A DNA stretch of 61,835 bases, filler included, from Globobulimina sp. (Eukaryota), in assembly GCA_003354225.1 (NCBI GenBank). It is 14 parts of 14 records of this genome, joined end to end, with 100 filler letters (N's around TTAATTAATTAA, not from the genome) between each part and the next. Parts side by side here need not be neighbours in the genome. Positions count along the whole stretch, not along the records: positions 57,517 to 61,835 come from PIVH01001357.1; 13 more parts are not named here. One strand, given 5' to 3'. This document shows, one piece after another, positions 59,667 through 61,835 of the stretch. How positions within the stretch are numbered: the first letter of the stretch is position 1; the number at the start of each line of letters is the position of its first letter. The notes beneath the pieces are model-generated. The model saw nothing but the letters and a program-made list of their open reading frames with translations. It did not search any database and was not told the origin of the DNA. The position numbers were made by a program, and so were the translations under genes.

Positions 59667-59720
59667 CGTTTTAAAATTAAATTGTTTTTTGTTGAAAACG
59701 ATCAAAAACACTGCACGACA

Positions 59721-60458
59721 ATGACCGAGAGCGATAGAGTTTGGTATATGTCCTTATCACATACTATGCAAAAATAACAATTTTGCAGGAGAAAGTTTGT
59801 ATTTTGGGGGCAGGAACAGTTGGAAAAAGTGCCATCACCATTCGAATGGTTGTGAATGAATTTAAACATGGCTATGAACCAACCATCGAAGATAGTTATA
59901 CGTAAGTGACTGTACACTTGTATTGTGCTGTATTTATATATACCATTTGATAAAACCATGCAAAAATGTCTAAAAACGACATATAGCACCAACATAACAG
60001 TGGATGATAAACGTACCACGTTAGAGATAGTGGACACAGCGGGTCAAGAGAGCTTTGAACAATTACAAAGAATATGGATTCATGAATCAAACGCATTTTT
60101 ATTAGTATATGCTGTAAATTCAATGGTTACATTCAAGGCAGCACAGAATTATTATAAAACCATTTGTCGGATTAAAAACGAAGAGAGAATACGATGGGAC
60201 ATGGTATTAGTTGGCAATAAATCAGATTTATTGCAACACAAAGTGTCTTGGGATATGGGTAAATCGCAAGCTGATTCGTGGGGTGTTCCGTTTATTGAAA
60301 CCAGTGCCAAAACTGGAGGCAATGTACAAGATGCTTTTAAAACAATTGTTGCTGAGGTAAGGAAAGAGAAAGCAGAGTTTGTAGAGGATAAAAAAAATAA
60401 GGACGAATTTGGTGATGATAATGTTCAACAATGTGCTTGTAGCTGTAATATTTTGTAA
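59721..60458 (+). CDS. Ras-family small GTPase; introns 59739-59788 and 59902-59986
   Basis: Spliced product has GAGTVGKS, YEPTIEDSY, DTAGQE, GNKSD, ETSAK and the CAAX box CNIL. Confidence 0.92.
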
Positions 60459-60735
60459 CAAGCAATTAATAATTATATTGTTAGTGTGTACCAATTGCAT
60501 TTTGTGTTTGTGAGTGTACGTATCTATTATTGTGCGCGTATTCCGCCAAATTATATTCAATTATTAGCTCTTTCCTTTCCTTTGTATTGTTAATTAATTT
60601 CTTCTCCACTTTGCAGAACATAAAAACGAAAAACATTGAAGTGCAGAAACCTAATCGTCTGTTGCCATCCAGTCATTCACGCTCCTTTAGTTCTATTTTG
60701 TTTTCTTTCTGTACAAAGAAGCGCACTCCATCCAT

Positions 60736-61042
60736 ATGGGTATCTATATGCTTTATCCTATCAATAATATAATTAATTTTAAATTTTATAATGTAAACAC
60801 AATTAAATAAAAAAAAAGCCTTTATTATTAATGCGATTTATTGGTTCATATGTTTTATTTTATGCATTATGTTTATATATCCATTGGCATGCTTTTTATA
60901 TTTGATTTGCAGCATATTAACTGTTTGCATTTCTGCGTGTAAAGGATTAACAGATATTTTTAAAAAATGGTTGGAATCGCCTTCAAAATGTTTGGAAAAT
61001 TGTTGCAATGGAAGTGCAATTGGATGCGGTTGCTTATTTTAA
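60736..61042 (+). CDS. Small Cys-rich membrane protein, copy 1 (missing from the ORF track); intron 60740-60818
   Basis: ATG G|CC TTT... gives MAFIINAIYWFICFILCIMFIYPLACFLYLICS...GCGCLF, a paralog of copy 2. Confidence 0.75.
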
Positions 61043-61295
61043 CTTCATTTTATGTCTGTAACTCTGTAATGTGTGGTGGAGCTTATCCTTGCACTTTATG
61101 TAAATAATAGTAGAATAATTTATATTCTTTTGATAGTCTCATATCTATGCCAAAAAACTCTGTCTGCGCATCATTTTTGATAAATTAAATAGTCTCCTTT
61201 TTTTATAGCATTAATACTTTTATCCTCTAGAACCTTATAATTATTGTCATCTAGTTTTTGTTCCCTTTCTGCACAAAGACGTTCCATCAATCACT

Positions 61296-61597
61296 ATGGC
61301 TTCAGGTATCTATGTTAAATATTATAGTTAAATGCTAATAAACAGTAAACACAAACAAAAAAAACAGGAGTAATGTGTCTTGTTAATGCCATTTATTGGT
61401 TAATATGTCTTATTTTATGCATCATGTCCGCTTCCCCATTGGCATGCTTTTTATATTTAATTTGCAGTATTATAGCTGTTTGTATTTCTGGTTGTAAATC
61501 AATTGCAGATATTTTTAAAAAATGGTTAGATGCTCCAGCTGAATGTTGTAAAAATATGTGTAAAGGAAATGCCATTGGATGTGGCTGCCTATTTTAA
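61296..61597 (+). CDS. Small Cys-rich membrane protein, copy 2; intron 61306-61367
   Basis: MASG|VMCLVNAIYWLICLILCIMSASPLACFLYLICS...GCGCLF. Confidence 0.78.
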
Positions 61598-61835
61598 TAT
61601 ACTTTAATTTAAAACAAATTTATATGTTACAACGTTGCCTATCAATTAATGACTTACTTTTTGTATAATATGGGATTATGGATATCATGGATTTCAATTG
61701 TAAGCATTTTTATTGTATTTTGTTAATTTATTCATTTGATATCCTTGCACGTAAGCAAGTTTTTTTAGTTTTGATATAAGATTAACAGCTCTAGGGATGA
61801 CTAGATCTCTTTAAAAAAGTTTTGGAATTGTTTTT

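Noticed and set aside
60740-61367. U12-type (minor) introns suggested by GTATCT donors
   Set aside because: The donors read GTATCTAT rather than GTATCCTT, and no TCCTTRAC branch site is near the acceptors.

Overview
This window is not one locus. It is 14 unrelated contigs of about 4.32 kb, sorted by decreasing length and joined by 100-nt N spacers that carry the six-frame stop linker TTAATTAATTAA (contigs: 1-4328, 4429-8756, 8857-13184, 13285-17611, 17712-22038, 22139-26463, 26564-30887, 30988-35311, 35412-39734, 39835-44156, 44257-48577, 48678-52997, 53098-57416, 57517-61835). The DNA is an AT-rich, gene-dense eukaryotic (protist) nuclear genome with short GT-AG introns of about 50-85 nt, Asn runs and PTxxPT repeats. 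A foraminiferan/rhizarian origin is my inference only. Recognisable genes include a TPR-SAM protein, an amino-acid permease, a JMJD8-like JmjC protein, an axonemal dynein N-terminus, a syntaxin, an enoyl-CoA hydratase, DUF4246, an SDR, GCN5, an acyl-CoA synthetase, CAP-Gly, PX, Kelch, mTERF-like and Ras proteins. The most notable observations are: (1) a DIRS-type tyrosine-recombinase retroelement whose RT palm carries a ~130-aa insertion with a SAM-like domain; (2) an exact non-coding 10-mer, ATCCTTGCAC, found 8 times on 5 contigs, only in introns or intergenic DNA; (3) a probable AhpC/PRXL2-type selenoprotein (in-frame TGA in UxxC) with no canonical SECIS that I can see; (4) a tandem, apparently endonuclease-deficient Penelope-like retroelement with an upstream coiled-coil ORF; (5) a PITH plus ADP-ribosyltransferase-like gene; (6) a contig whose ends overlap like a circle or tandem unit; (7) head-to-head genes only 34-67 bp apart; and (8) bacterial-looking fragments that suggest amplification chimeras. 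All family calls come from motif recognition by eye, not database searches.
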